Source: Polyangiales bacterium (lineage in GTDB: Bacteria; Myxococcota_A; Polyangia; Polyangiales; Ga0077539). From it: DNA of 64,000 nt. The position numbers were made by a program, and so were the translations under genes. The notes under the pieces are model-generated. The model was not told the DNA's origin. It did not search any database and saw only the letters and a list, made by a program, of their open reading frames with translations. The stretch is from assembly GCA_044229975.1 (NCBI GenBank), contig JBGARZ010000002.1, positions 416,001-480,000 on the forward strand, written 5' to 3'. Positions 20,627-29,497 of the stretch are shown in pieces. Each line of letters starts with the position of its first letter. Positions within the stretch are counted from its first letter, which is position 1.

Positions 20627-22091
20627 GCGCGCGGTCGCAGCGGCGCTGCTCGCCCTCGCCGCCTGCAACTCCCGCTCGCCCTCGTCGCCCACCCCGCCGG
20701 GCCCGTCGCCCGTCCCCACGCCGACCGCGCCCACCGCCCCCGCGGTCCCACCCGGCCGCGGCGCGCAGGTCTTCGTCGACGTCTCCGAGAGCATCCGCGG
20801 CTTCACCTCGACGCGCTCCACCGCGCTCCAGACGCTGCACGCGCAGGTCATCGAAGCGTCGCTCTCCGCGCTCCAGCTCAACAACCCCTTCCAGCGCTGC
20901 GCCGTCGACGCCGCCGTCCGTTGCACCGCTCCGCAGCTCACCGCGCAGCAGGCGCGCCTCCCTACGACCTATGCGGGCGCCTCCGCGTCGTTGCACCTCG
21001 CGCTCCGTCGCCCGCCTCGCGCTCCGCGGCCCGACCTGCAACAGCCCGATCCGCTCGACCCGTACAACATCACGGTGCTGGTGACCGACGGCTTCCAGAG
21101 CACCAGCACGCCCTTCCAACCGGGCGCGACGGGCGACGTTGCGTGCACCGCAGGCGCCGACCCGAGCTGCCTCGCGGCGCTCCTCCGACAGCGCGTGGAA
21201 GAGGGCTACGGCCTGTGGGTCGGTCGGCTCATCCTCCCCTTCGACGGCCGCTACTTCGCCGAGCGTCGCCTCGACCCGGCGATGTGGACGCGGGTCACGC
21301 AACACGTCGCCGCCCTCAACACCGACCCTCTCTGGAACGGCGTGCGCTTCAACGCCTCCTCCCCATCGATGACCGGCGAGTCGGGCGCGTTTCGCTGGCA
21401 GGGCGCGCGGCCGTTGTTGGTGTTCGTGCTCACGCGGGACATCCCGCGCGGTCGACAGTTCGTCGGCGAGATGCAGCGACGCTTGCAGGTCGAGCGCATC
21501 ACGCTGCGACAGTCGGCGTCGGACGTCGACTTCAGCGAGTGGTCGCCCTTCGAGGGCCTCACCGCGCGCGTGCTCAACGCCGTCCGCAACGAGAGCGGCG
21601 GTACCTCCGACAGCGTCCTCGTCGATCGTCCCACGCGGCAGGGCGAGACCTTCATCATCCCCGCGCGTTGTGACGTCCACGGCCAGGCGCGCATCCGCAT
21701 GGACGGTGCCATCCAGTTCGGCGCGATGCCTCCGCCGCCCATCGCGCAGGTGTCCCTCACCTGGCAGTCGCCCGCTCCCCTCGACAGCTTCTTCCTGATG
21801 CCGCGCGAGGTGATGAACACCACGGCCGGACCCTTCACCGTCCGCACCGGCATCGACTGTCGGCAGCTCCCGCCCGGCACCCGCGACTACAACTTCGGCC
21901 TCTTCGGTCGATGGACCGTCAACCCCGCCGTGCTCGCCTCCGAGTGGTACACGACCGGCAGCGCCGAGACCTCGTACGACAGCCCCGAGAAGGTGTTCGG
22001 CCTCGCGGACCTCGCGCGCACCGTCATCGCCGCCGGCGTCAATCGCCAGGGTTATCTCGACCGCGTGACGCTCCGGGTCACGCGCCAGTAG
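20601..22091 (+). CDS. Lipoprotein with vWA-like (MIDAS) domain
   Basis: Lipobox LLALAAC; Pro-rich linker; VFVDVSES (DxSxS) and VLVTDG. Confidence 0.75.
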   Translation: MPASSPRTERAVAAALLALAACNSRSPSSPTPPGPSPVPTPTAPTAPAVPPGRGAQVFVDVSESIRGFTSTRSTALQTLHAQVIEASLSALQLNNPFQRCAVDAAVRCTAPQLTAQQARLPTTYAGASASLHLALRRPPRAPRPDLQQPDPLDPYNITVLVTDGFQSTSTPFQPGATGDVACTAGADPSCLAALLRQRVEEGYGLWVGRLILPFDGRYFAERRLDPAMWTRVTQHVAALNTDPLWNGVRFNASSPSMTGESGAFRWQGARPLLVFVLTRDIPRGRQFVGEMQRRLQVERITLRQSASDVDFSEWSPFEGLTARVLNAVRNESGGTSDSVLVDRPTRQGETFIIPARCDVHGQARIRMDGAIQFGAMPPPPIAQVSLTWQSPAPLDSFFLMPREVMNTTAGPFTVRTGIDCRQLPPGTRDYNFGLFGRWTVNPAVLASEWYTTGSAETSYDSPEKVFGLADLARTVIAAGVNRQGYLDRVTLRVTRQ

Positions 22092-22104
22092 GCGATCACC
22101 GCGC

Positions 22105-23742
22105 GTGGCGATCTACGGCATCGACCTCGGAACGACGTACTGCTCCGTCGCCTACGTCGAGCGCGGTCAGCCCCGCCTCGTCACGCTCGAAAACGGCGGC
22201 CCCACCCTCGCCTCGCTCGTCCTTCTCTCTTCTCGTCCGACGCCCCGCGCCCTCGTCGGCGCCCACGCTCCAGCGGCCTATCGCGAGCTCGTCGGCGAGG
22301 CCGAGCGCGCGCCCGATGACGTGGTCCTCGTGCGCGGCTCCAAGAACCACATCGGCGTCGGAACGGCCGTCTACGCCGGTCCCCCGTGGCGTCTCGGAGC
22401 ACAGGAGCTCTTCGCGACCGACGTGGCCGCGGTGATCCTCCGCGCGCTGGCCGAGATGGTGCGCGCGCGCCCGGCGTTGCCGCCGCTCGACGGCGTGGTG
22501 GTGTCGCACCCGCAGCGCTTCCGCAACCGCGAGAAGCTCGCCACCGGACAGGCCGCGAAGATGGCCGGCCTCCCGCTGTGGGGAATGATCACCGAGCCCG
22601 ACGCCGCGGGCTGGGCCTACGGTCTCCAGTCGAGAGCCGCGAGCACGTCACAGACCTTCATGGTCTTCGACTTCGGCGGCGGAACCCTCGACGTCACCCT
22701 GCTCCGTCGCGACGGCGCACGTCTTCAGGCCATCGACTCCTACGGGGTTCAGCTCGGCGGGCTCGCGATCGATCAGCGCGTCCGTGACGCCCTCGTCGCG
22801 CAGTACGCCGAGCGCGCGTCCGACCAGGCGTTCAGCCTCGCGGCGGTGAACGAATCCACCCGCGAACGCCTCCTCGAACTGGCCGAGTGGTTCAAGGTCT
22901 CGCTCAACACCGACGCTGGCGCCGACCCCTCGCCGCTGTCGCGGGTGCGCCGACGGAAGTTCACCCCGGTCTTCGACCGCGACACCGAAGGCGAAGAGGT
23001 CACCCTCGAACTCTCCCTCGCCGACCTCGCGCGCTGCATCGGCGGCGAGCTCGACCGCGCCATGGCCTGCGCCGACGAGGCCCTGCGCCGCGCAGGTGTC
23101 GATTGGAGTTCCCTGGATGAGGTTCTCCTCACGGGAGGCTCATCGCTGCTCTGGCCGATGCAGCAGCGCATGCGCGAACGCTGTCCAAGGGTGCGAATCC
23201 ACGACGATCCCGGGCACCCGTTGAACCCGCTCACCATCGTCGCGGCGGGGGCGGCCGTCTACGGCGCGTCGCTCGCCGAGGGAGGCGCTCGCGTGGGCGT
23301 CGAGCTGCGCGGCGTGGTGCCCGACACCTTCCACGTGCGCGCGTGGGAGCCCGCGCCGGGGACGCCCGAGGGTCGTCGCGCGGTGCTCATCCCCTTGGTC
23401 CCGGCGGGGACGGCGACGCCCTTCGTGGGGCGACGGACGTTCAGCGTGCGCGGCGGGTCGAGCGTGCTCCCGGTGGAGGTCTTCGAGGGCCGCTCGGAGC
23501 GCGAGGCGACCCGCGTGGGCGAGTACCGATTGACCTTCGCGCAACCGATGCCCGATGGCGCGAAGGCGGAGGTGCGCCTCGACGTGCGCGCCAACGGGGT
23601 GCTGGTGCTCTCGGTGCAGGACGCGGCGACGGGCGACGTGCGCGAGGCCCGTCTCGACGACGCGCCGGGCCTCTACTCGGACGACGAGCTCGCGAAGCGA
23701 GCGTCGTGGCTGCAATCGCTCCGCGTCGACTGGAACGGCTGA
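22105..23742 (+). CDS. Hsp70-family protein (short, HscC-like, not DnaK)
   Basis: GIDLGTTY, TEPDAA, FDFGGGTLDV, LGGLAID, LLTGGSS, VAAGAA; C-terminal beta substrate-domain-like region (VEVFEG...LDVRANGVL) without a full lid. GTG start. Confidence 0.9.
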   Translation: MAIYGIDLGTTYCSVAYVERGQPRLVTLENGGPTLASLVLLSSRPTPRALVGAHAPAAYRELVGEAERAPDDVVLVRGSKNHIGVGTAVYAGPPWRLGAQELFATDVAAVILRALAEMVRARPALPPLDGVVVSHPQRFRNREKLATGQAAKMAGLPLWGMITEPDAAGWAYGLQSRAASTSQTFMVFDFGGGTLDVTLLRRDGARLQAIDSYGVQLGGLAIDQRVRDALVAQYAERASDQAFSLAAVNESTRERLLELAEWFKVSLNTDAGADPSPLSRVRRRKFTPVFDRDTEGEEVTLELSLADLARCIGGELDRAMACADEALRRAGVDWSSLDEVLLTGGSSLLWPMQQRMRERCPRVRIHDDPGHPLNPLTIVAAGAAVYGASLAEGGARVGVELRGVVPDTFHVRAWEPAPGTPEGRRAVLIPLVPAGTATPFVGRRTFSVRGGSSVLPVEVFEGRSEREATRVGEYRLTFAQPMPDGAKAEVRLDVRANGVLVLSVQDAATGDVREARLDDAPGLYSDDELAKRASWLQSLRVDWNG

Positions 23743-23784
23743 CCTCGCGAGTACCTCGTCGCAAGAACTCCGACGGGTTGGAGA

Positions 23785-23882
23785 GGCCGCAAGGGCGCCA
23801 GGGTCGCAAGGGAGGGACCAACAGACCGATTCACCAACAGCTCATCTCATCTCGTCCTTGCGATCCTGGCGCCCTTGCGGCC
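23785..23882. repeat. 27-bp inverted repeat (REP-like palindrome or bidirectional terminator) between convergent genes
   Basis: ggccgcaagggcgccagggtcgcaagg (23785-23811) pairs with ccttgcgatcctggcgcccttgcggcc (23856-23882) with a single G-T mismatch. Confidence 0.85.
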
Positions 23883-23986
23883 CCACCCCCAACAGCCACG
23901 TCGCAAGGTGCCTGATGCGGGCCGCGATCTCCGCCTCGCCTGCCGCGAGCCCGGAGCGCGCCGCCAAAGGCGAGGCCGCGGGCCTC

Positions 23987-24457
23987 TCATACGTCCACCC
24001 AGCTCGCGTCGAAGTCGAGCGGCTCGTCGGTCACCCCGACGTCGTCCGCGTCGTTCCACACGGTCAACGCCCACCCGTCGAAGGCCAGCTCGATGCCGCC
24101 GCAGAGCTCACCCGCCGCAAGCAGTCGTACGCGGCGCACGACCACCCCTCGCAGCCGCTGCAGCACTGCTGGCCGGTCGCCAACCCACCACGACGCGTCG
24201 TCCCTGCCGACGATCGAGTGGCGGGGCGGGCGGCCGAGGTCGAGCGTGTCGCACGTCACGCCGAACTCGCCAGGGCCGATCGTCCACAGCTCAATCTGAC
24301 GAACGCCCACGCACAGCACGATCGGTGACCAGGAGTGCAGGTCGTCCCACGGCCCGTACCACTCCGCCCACGCGCGCTCGATCGGCTGACCGATCAAGCC
24401 ACGCAGCAGGGCGCCGTGTTCGGCGAGCACGTCGTCCAGTCGGGTCGCGATCCGCAA
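23987..24457 (-). CDS. Hypothetical protein, Trp/acidic-rich
   Basis: Globular-looking 156 aa sequence with normal codon bias; TTG start uncertain. Confidence 0.65.
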   Translation of the reverse strand: MRIATRLDDVLAEHGALLRGLIGQPIERAWAEWYGPWDDLHSWSPIVLCVGVRQIELWTIGPGEFGVTCDTLDLGRPPRHSIVGRDDASWWVGDRPAVLQRLRGVVVRRVRLLAAGELCGGIELAFDGWALTVWNDADDVGVTDEPLDFDASWVDV

Positions 24458-24690
24458 GGCACTTTCCTATCAGAAGCAGGCACGGGTCATTCGGACGTGC
24501 CTGTGTACGCGACGGTCGGGCCCACACTCTCGGACGCCCACGCCGCGACGTCAGCTCGTCGGCGCGCGTCGCTCGTCTGCCGTCTTCGCGTAAGGTCGGC
24601 GCAACGCCAACTCCACCGCATCACCATCGTTCGATTACCCGACCGGTGATGACGCTTCGCTCTCCCCCAACACCAGGAAGCCCTCCACCC

Positions 24691-25527
24691 ATGCCCGAGT
24701 TTCCCGAGGTCCATCATCAGGTCGTGTGGCTGCGTGAGCGCGCGACCGGCGCGGCCATCGAGGACTATGGCTTCACCGGCGGCCACTTCCCCGAGCTCAA
24801 GGACGACCCCGCGAAGAAGGCGAAGCTCGACGCGTTCTTCAAGGGCGCGACGCTTCGCACGATCACCCAACGCGGCAAGCACATCGTCATGTCGCTCTCG
24901 ACGGGCACCTGCACCTCGCACCTCATGCACTCGGGCCGTTGGACGATGGCCGACGAGCCCTACGTCTCCAACTACCGTCACCACAAAGACCTCCCGGCGA
25001 AGAAGGCCAGCACCTTCTGGATGACCTTCGGCGCACGACGCCTGGAGTTCAACGAGCCCGAGTACCGCGGCAAGGTCCGCGCGTTTCCGAAGCTCGCGAG
25101 CGATGAGGTCGACGAGCTACGCAAGCTCGGCCCCGACGTGATGCAGACCCCCGAGACCGACCCGGCGTACACACAGCCGTGGACGGTGGACTCGCTGCGG
25201 CGCTCGCTCTACGGCAACCGCAAGTCGGTGAAGGAGATCCTGCTCGATCAGGGTGAGCTCGCGGGCGTGGGCAACACCTACGCGTGCGAGGCGCTCTATC
25301 GCGCGGGCGTCGCGCCGACCGCGAAGGGCGCAGCGTTCGCGGCCGACCGCGTGGCGCCCCTGCACGCCGCCATCGTCGATGTCATCAGCGAGGCGATCGC
25401 GAGCGGGCTCGACTACGCGAAGGTGTTGAAGGTCTATCGGAAGGAGACCGACCCCGCGGGTCGCAAGGTCGAGGTCGTGAAGATCGGAGGGCGGGACACC
25501 TACTGGGTGCCCGAGCTGCAGCGGTAG
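24691..25527 (+). CDS. Fpg/Nei-family DNA glycosylase/AP lyase with cysteine-free C-terminal finger
   Basis: N-terminal MPEFPEV (catalytic Pro-Glu), RGKH, LGPD, LLDQGELAGVGNTYACEALY (H2TH), GRDTYWVPELQ. Confidence 0.92.
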   Translation: MPEFPEVHHQVVWLRERATGAAIEDYGFTGGHFPELKDDPAKKAKLDAFFKGATLRTITQRGKHIVMSLSTGTCTSHLMHSGRWTMADEPYVSNYRHHKDLPAKKASTFWMTFGARRLEFNEPEYRGKVRAFPKLASDEVDELRKLGPDVMQTPETDPAYTQPWTVDSLRRSLYGNRKSVKEILLDQGELAGVGNTYACEALYRAGVAPTAKGAAFAADRVAPLHAAIVDVISEAIASGLDYAKVLKVYRKETDPAGRKVEVVKIGGRDTYWVPELQR

Positions 25528-25528
25528 A

Positions 25529-27160
25529 TCAGCGCGCCGCGCTGAAGGTCAGCGTCATGCGCTGACGGGTCGGCGTGAAGGTGTTGTCGGTCTCGCCGTC
25601 GGCGACGCGGTTGGCGTCATGGCCGCGCTCCCAGGGGAGGTCGATGCGCATGCCGCCGAGGATGTCGGCGTAGGAGCGGAAGCGACCGTCGAGGAAAGCC
25701 ACCGCGAAGCGACCCGTCGAGGTGCCCGAGCCTTCGAGGTACACGGGCAGGCCGTTGGTGACGGTGTCGAGGTTGGCCGTGCCGCCCGGGTGCATGTCGA
25801 AGTACGCGTTGTAGTAGTTGAACGACACGCACGAGTTGACCATCAGGATCTGGTACCGGTTGGGAAACGACGACGCGCTGTAGTTGCGCGCATCGAGCGG
25901 GCCCGACCCCAGGTGCGAGTGCCCCGTGTACTGGAAGACGTCGACCTCGCGGAAGGCCGCCTGGTAGCGCTGCACCGCGCCCGACCCGAAGCTCTCCTCG
26001 TCGCCGTAGTACACGCGCACCTCCGCGGTGCCCGCGCGGGCCGTGCCGTTGATGGTGACGTTGGTCGGCGCGCTGAAGGTGATGGTCTTGTCGCGCCACT
26101 GCCGGATGACCGCGAGGCGGAAGGCGTCGCGCATCGCGAAGGACAGCTGCGAGGGGTAGTTGGTCTTGTCGACCATCCACTGCGTGACCTGCGCGAGGGT
26201 GACGTTGTTGACCGTGACGCCGCCGCCGGTGACCGTGGTGAGGTCGGTGCCGGGCGCCGAGGCTCGCAGCTCGGGCCGCGCCTGCGAGATGGCCCGAACG
26301 TACTGGAACAGGTTGCGCGCCCCGTAGTCGTTGGGGTCGTCGTGCTTGTCTTCGCCGAAGTACGACCCGATGACGAGGCGGCCGTCGTCCCAGATGCGGT
26401 GGTAGTCGGGGTACTTGGTCTCGGTGCGCGAGATGGCCGTGAACCGGATGGTGATGGGGGTGAACCAACGGGTGCTCTCGCCGACGCTGATCTCGCGGTC
26501 GCCGTTGCGGAGGAGGCGACGCTCGGCCGCGAGGCGCGTGACCTCGGCGTTGATGAGCGACTGACACCCGCTGAGGTGCGGCTCGAAGTTGTACCAGATG
26601 CCCGACGCGCCCCAGTCCTGGTGCTCGCTCTGGCACTGTTGGACGATCTCGCTGGAGTGGCTGTTGTAGTCGCCGAAGAGCGAGCTGGTCGACCACGCGC
26701 GGCGCGACTGGTGGCGGAGGTTGACCACCGCGCGGTCGCGGTACGTGAAGCGAACGCGCTGCATCTGCGCGACGCGCGCCTCGGGGCGGGCCGGGTCGAT
26801 GACGTCGACGGTGTCGCGCTGGAAGGTCGAGACGTCGATGAAGCTCGAAGCCGTCGGGGAGTCGAGGCGGTTGGCCAGGCCGATGTCCTGGGCCTTCATC
26901 GCGCCGAAGAGCGGACGAAGCTGCTGCACCGCCGCGCGCTGGATCTCGGAGTCGCTCGCGCCGACGCGCACCAGAACGTAGCTCTCGATGGTCGCGTTGC
27001 GTCCCACCGCGTTGGCGCCGGTGAGCTCGCTGACCGTCAGGTCGGTGGCCGACTCCGCGTCACTCTCGTCGTCGAGCAGCGCCTCGTCCGTCGCACAGCC
27101 TGCGAGCAGCAGCGCCACACAAGACACCCCGAGCCCGAACCGCGTCAGACGAGTTTCCAT
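25529..27160 (-). CDS. Lipoprotein with candidate clan CD (gingipain/caspase-like) His-Cys dyad
   Basis: Lipobox LLAGC; FQYTGHSH and ILMVNSC, with His and Cys 30 residues apart. Confidence 0.7.
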   Translation of the reverse strand: METRLTRFGLGVSCVALLLAGCATDEALLDDESDAESATDLTVSELTGANAVGRNATIESYVLVRVGASDSEIQRAAVQQLRPLFGAMKAQDIGLANRLDSPTASSFIDVSTFQRDTVDVIDPARPEARVAQMQRVRFTYRDRAVVNLRHQSRRAWSTSSLFGDYNSHSSEIVQQCQSEHQDWGASGIWYNFEPHLSGCQSLINAEVTRLAAERRLLRNGDREISVGESTRWFTPITIRFTAISRTETKYPDYHRIWDDGRLVIGSYFGEDKHDDPNDYGARNLFQYVRAISQARPELRASAPGTDLTTVTGGGVTVNNVTLAQVTQWMVDKTNYPSQLSFAMRDAFRLAVIRQWRDKTITFSAPTNVTINGTARAGTAEVRVYYGDEESFGSGAVQRYQAAFREVDVFQYTGHSHLGSGPLDARNYSASSFPNRYQILMVNSCVSFNYYNAYFDMHPGGTANLDTVTNGLPVYLEGSGTSTGRFAVAFLDGRFRSYADILGGMRIDLPWERGHDANRVADGETDNTFTPTRQRMTLTFSAAR

Positions 27161-27277
27161 GGTCAGCTCACCGCTCCATTGATGGGACGGACGACCTCCC
27201 TGGCCGTCACGATCGCCCGGCTTCTACGCGATGGCGCCGATGTAGGTCAAGCACCGATATCGGCAATCCGTCGAGGT

Positions 27278-27291
27278 TTGTTGCAAATCAA
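27278..27291. promoter_or_regulatory. Candidate FNR/Crp-family box in a divergent promoter region
   Basis: TTGTT-GCAA-ATCAA: 9/10 match to TTGAT-N4-ATCAA in an otherwise very GC-rich genome. Confidence 0.45.
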
Positions 27292-27376
27292 TGAGGAGTG
27301 TCGGCTGCCGCGCCGCGTTGCCTTTCCGTGGGTGTCGAACGGATACTCGCGGCTCCTCTGAGGAGTCCAACCTTCC

Positions 27377-29494
27377 ATGCGCGCTCGACCCATCGGCCAT
27401 CGTGTCTCTCCCGTTGTGGTGTTCGGTCTCCTGGCCGGGTGCGAGGCGTCGACGCTCAACGTACCGCCCGAGCGCCTCGACGCGGGCGCCGATGTCTCGT
27501 CCGTCGACACCGGTCCTGACGTGCGACCGCCGCCCGCCCCGACGGTGGTTGGCGTGCAGCCCTCGCACGGGTCCTTCCTCGGTGGCACCGAGGTTACGGT
27601 GCGCGGCTCCAACTTCACCGAGGATTCCGTCGTGCGCTTCGGGGGCAACCTCGTTCAGCCGCGGTACACGACCTTCGTCGATCGCAACCGCATCACGGTT
27701 CGCACGCCCGCCGGGCGCGCGGGCGAGGTCGACGTGCAGGTCGAGGTCGACGGCCGCATCGGCACGCTGCCGGGTGGGTATCGGTACGACGCGTTCTACG
27801 TTGACCCGCCGATCGGTCCGACCACGGGCGGCGCGCGGGTGAGCGTGCACGGCCTCGGAACCCACTTCCGCGACGGCATGCGCGTCACCTTCGACGAGCT
27901 GCCCTGCACCGGGCTGACCGTCACGAGCGCCGAGCTCGCCTCGTGCCTCACGCCCGCGCACCCCGACGGACGCGCGGCCGTGGCCGTCAACAACGGCGAC
28001 GAACAGCTCTCCATCCCCGACGGCTACACCTACGCCGACGGCGGCGACACCATGGGCGGCCTCTCGGGCGGAACCCTCGCCGGCAGCCTCACCGTCACCG
28101 TGCTCAACGTGACGACGGGCGGCCCCGTGCCGTCGGCGTTCGTGTTCCTCAACGACGAGCCCGCGGCGGTGCCGCCCAACGCGGGGCAGACCAACGCGCG
28201 TGGCCAGGTGACGCTCTCGCCGCCGATGCTCCGCGCCCCGGTGACGGTGACCGCTTCGGAGCGCTGCTACACGACCACTACCATCCAGTCCTTCGACGCG
28301 CGCAACGCCACCATCTACCTCACGCCTCTGATGCTCCCCGGTTGCGGCATGGGCTCTTCCGGCGGCATGCCGCAGCGCCCTGTCTATCCGGCCGTTCTGT
28401 CGGGCGAGCTCGTGTGGCAGGGCTCCAACGAATTTGCCCCCAACCCCTGGTCGAACATCCCCGAACCCCGCCCCGGCTTCCACCGTGTCGCGTACGTCTG
28501 GACCACCCGCGACGACATCTTCACTCCTGATCCCAACGCGATGACGATCAACCTCCTGCGTGACGTCGTCTCCGAGGACGTCGCGCCCGGCTACGGCGGT
28601 CGCGGCTATCCCTTCTCGCTCCAGGCGCGACCCGCGGCGCTCGCCGTGTACGCACTCGCGGGCCTCGAATCCGACCTCGTCGAGGCGATGCCGGGGATGC
28701 CCGCCCCTCCGCCGCCGACCTTCATCCCGTGGGTGATGGGCGTCGCGCGCAGCGTGCTCGGCGCCCCTCGCGCCGAGGTCGAAAACATCATCATCGACAT
28801 GAACATCCCGCTCGACCACGAGACCCCGCTGGCGGTCGCGCCGCTCGACAGCATGGCCGCCGACGCGCCCGACATCTTCCACGCCAGCGCCTTCATCGAC
28901 CTCGGGGGCGAAGGGGTGATCCCGATGCCTCACGCCACCGTCACCGGCTTCGACGGCGGGAGCTATCGCCTCTCCGGTCTCCCGGCCTTCAGCCGCAACC
29001 TCGCCGACGCGCGGCTCACCGTGCACGCGCGCCTCGCCTCGGGAACCGTCACCGGCCCGACCGCGTTTCAGGACACCCCTGCCCCGTGCACGGGCCTCGT
29101 GATCTCGGGCATCACGTCCCCCGATGAGACGGTGCCGGTCCGCGGCTGGCTCGGCATCCCCTCGATGACCAACCCGCGGCAGGGCGAGCGCCTGCCCGAC
29201 GACCGCACGGTGCACTTCGAGATCCCGGGCATGTCGCCCGACCTGCTGATCTTCACGCTCCAGTGGGACGGTCGCTCGTGGCAGCACTACGCCCCCGGTG
29301 CCGAGCGCCTGGTCCGCTACCCCGACCTCTCGTCCCTCATGGGCCTCGCTGACCTCCCGGCGGGCTCCATCCTCGGGCTCTCGCTGGTGGGTCTGCGGCT
29401 GTCGGGCTTCGAGTTCGACCGCTTCACGTACACCACCATCGGCCCGCGCTACTGGACGGCGTACGCAGGCCGCGGCTCGTACCTGCTCCGGTAA
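27377..29494 (+). CDS. Lipoprotein with two IPT/TIG domains and a beta-sandwich C-terminal region
   Basis: Lipobox LLAGC; PTVVGVQPSHGSFLGGTEVTVRGSNF and VDPPIGPTTGGARVSVHGLG IPT/TIG patterns. Confidence 0.85.
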   Translation: MRARPIGHRVSPVVVFGLLAGCEASTLNVPPERLDAGADVSSVDTGPDVRPPPAPTVVGVQPSHGSFLGGTEVTVRGSNFTEDSVVRFGGNLVQPRYTTFVDRNRITVRTPAGRAGEVDVQVEVDGRIGTLPGGYRYDAFYVDPPIGPTTGGARVSVHGLGTHFRDGMRVTFDELPCTGLTVTSAELASCLTPAHPDGRAAVAVNNGDEQLSIPDGYTYADGGDTMGGLSGGTLAGSLTVTVLNVTTGGPVPSAFVFLNDEPAAVPPNAGQTNARGQVTLSPPMLRAPVTVTASERCYTTTTIQSFDARNATIYLTPLMLPGCGMGSSGGMPQRPVYPAVLSGELVWQGSNEFAPNPWSNIPEPRPGFHRVAYVWTTRDDIFTPDPNAMTINLLRDVVSEDVAPGYGGRGYPFSLQARPAALAVYALAGLESDLVEAMPGMPAPPPPTFIPWVMGVARSVLGAPRAEVENIIIDMNIPLDHETPLAVAPLDSMAADAPDIFHASAFIDLGGEGVIPMPHATVTGFDGGSYRLSGLPAFSRNLADARLTVHARLASGTVTGPTAFQDTPAPCTGLVISGITSPDETVPVRGWLGIPSMTNPRQGERLPDDRTVHFEIPGMSPDLLIFTLQWDGRSWQHYAPGAERLVRYPDLSSLMGLADLPAGSILGLSLVGLRLSGFEFDRFTYTTIGPRYWTAYAGRGSYLLR

Positions 29495-29497
29495 GAA

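Noticed and set aside
22105..23742. Calling this gene dnaK
   Set aside because: Too short, with diverged motifs and no dnaJ or grpE nearby.
23875..24690. Long N-terminal extension of the Fpg/Nei ORF given in the track
   Set aside because: Fpg/Nei enzymes need the catalytic Pro at residue 2, which fixes the start at 24691.
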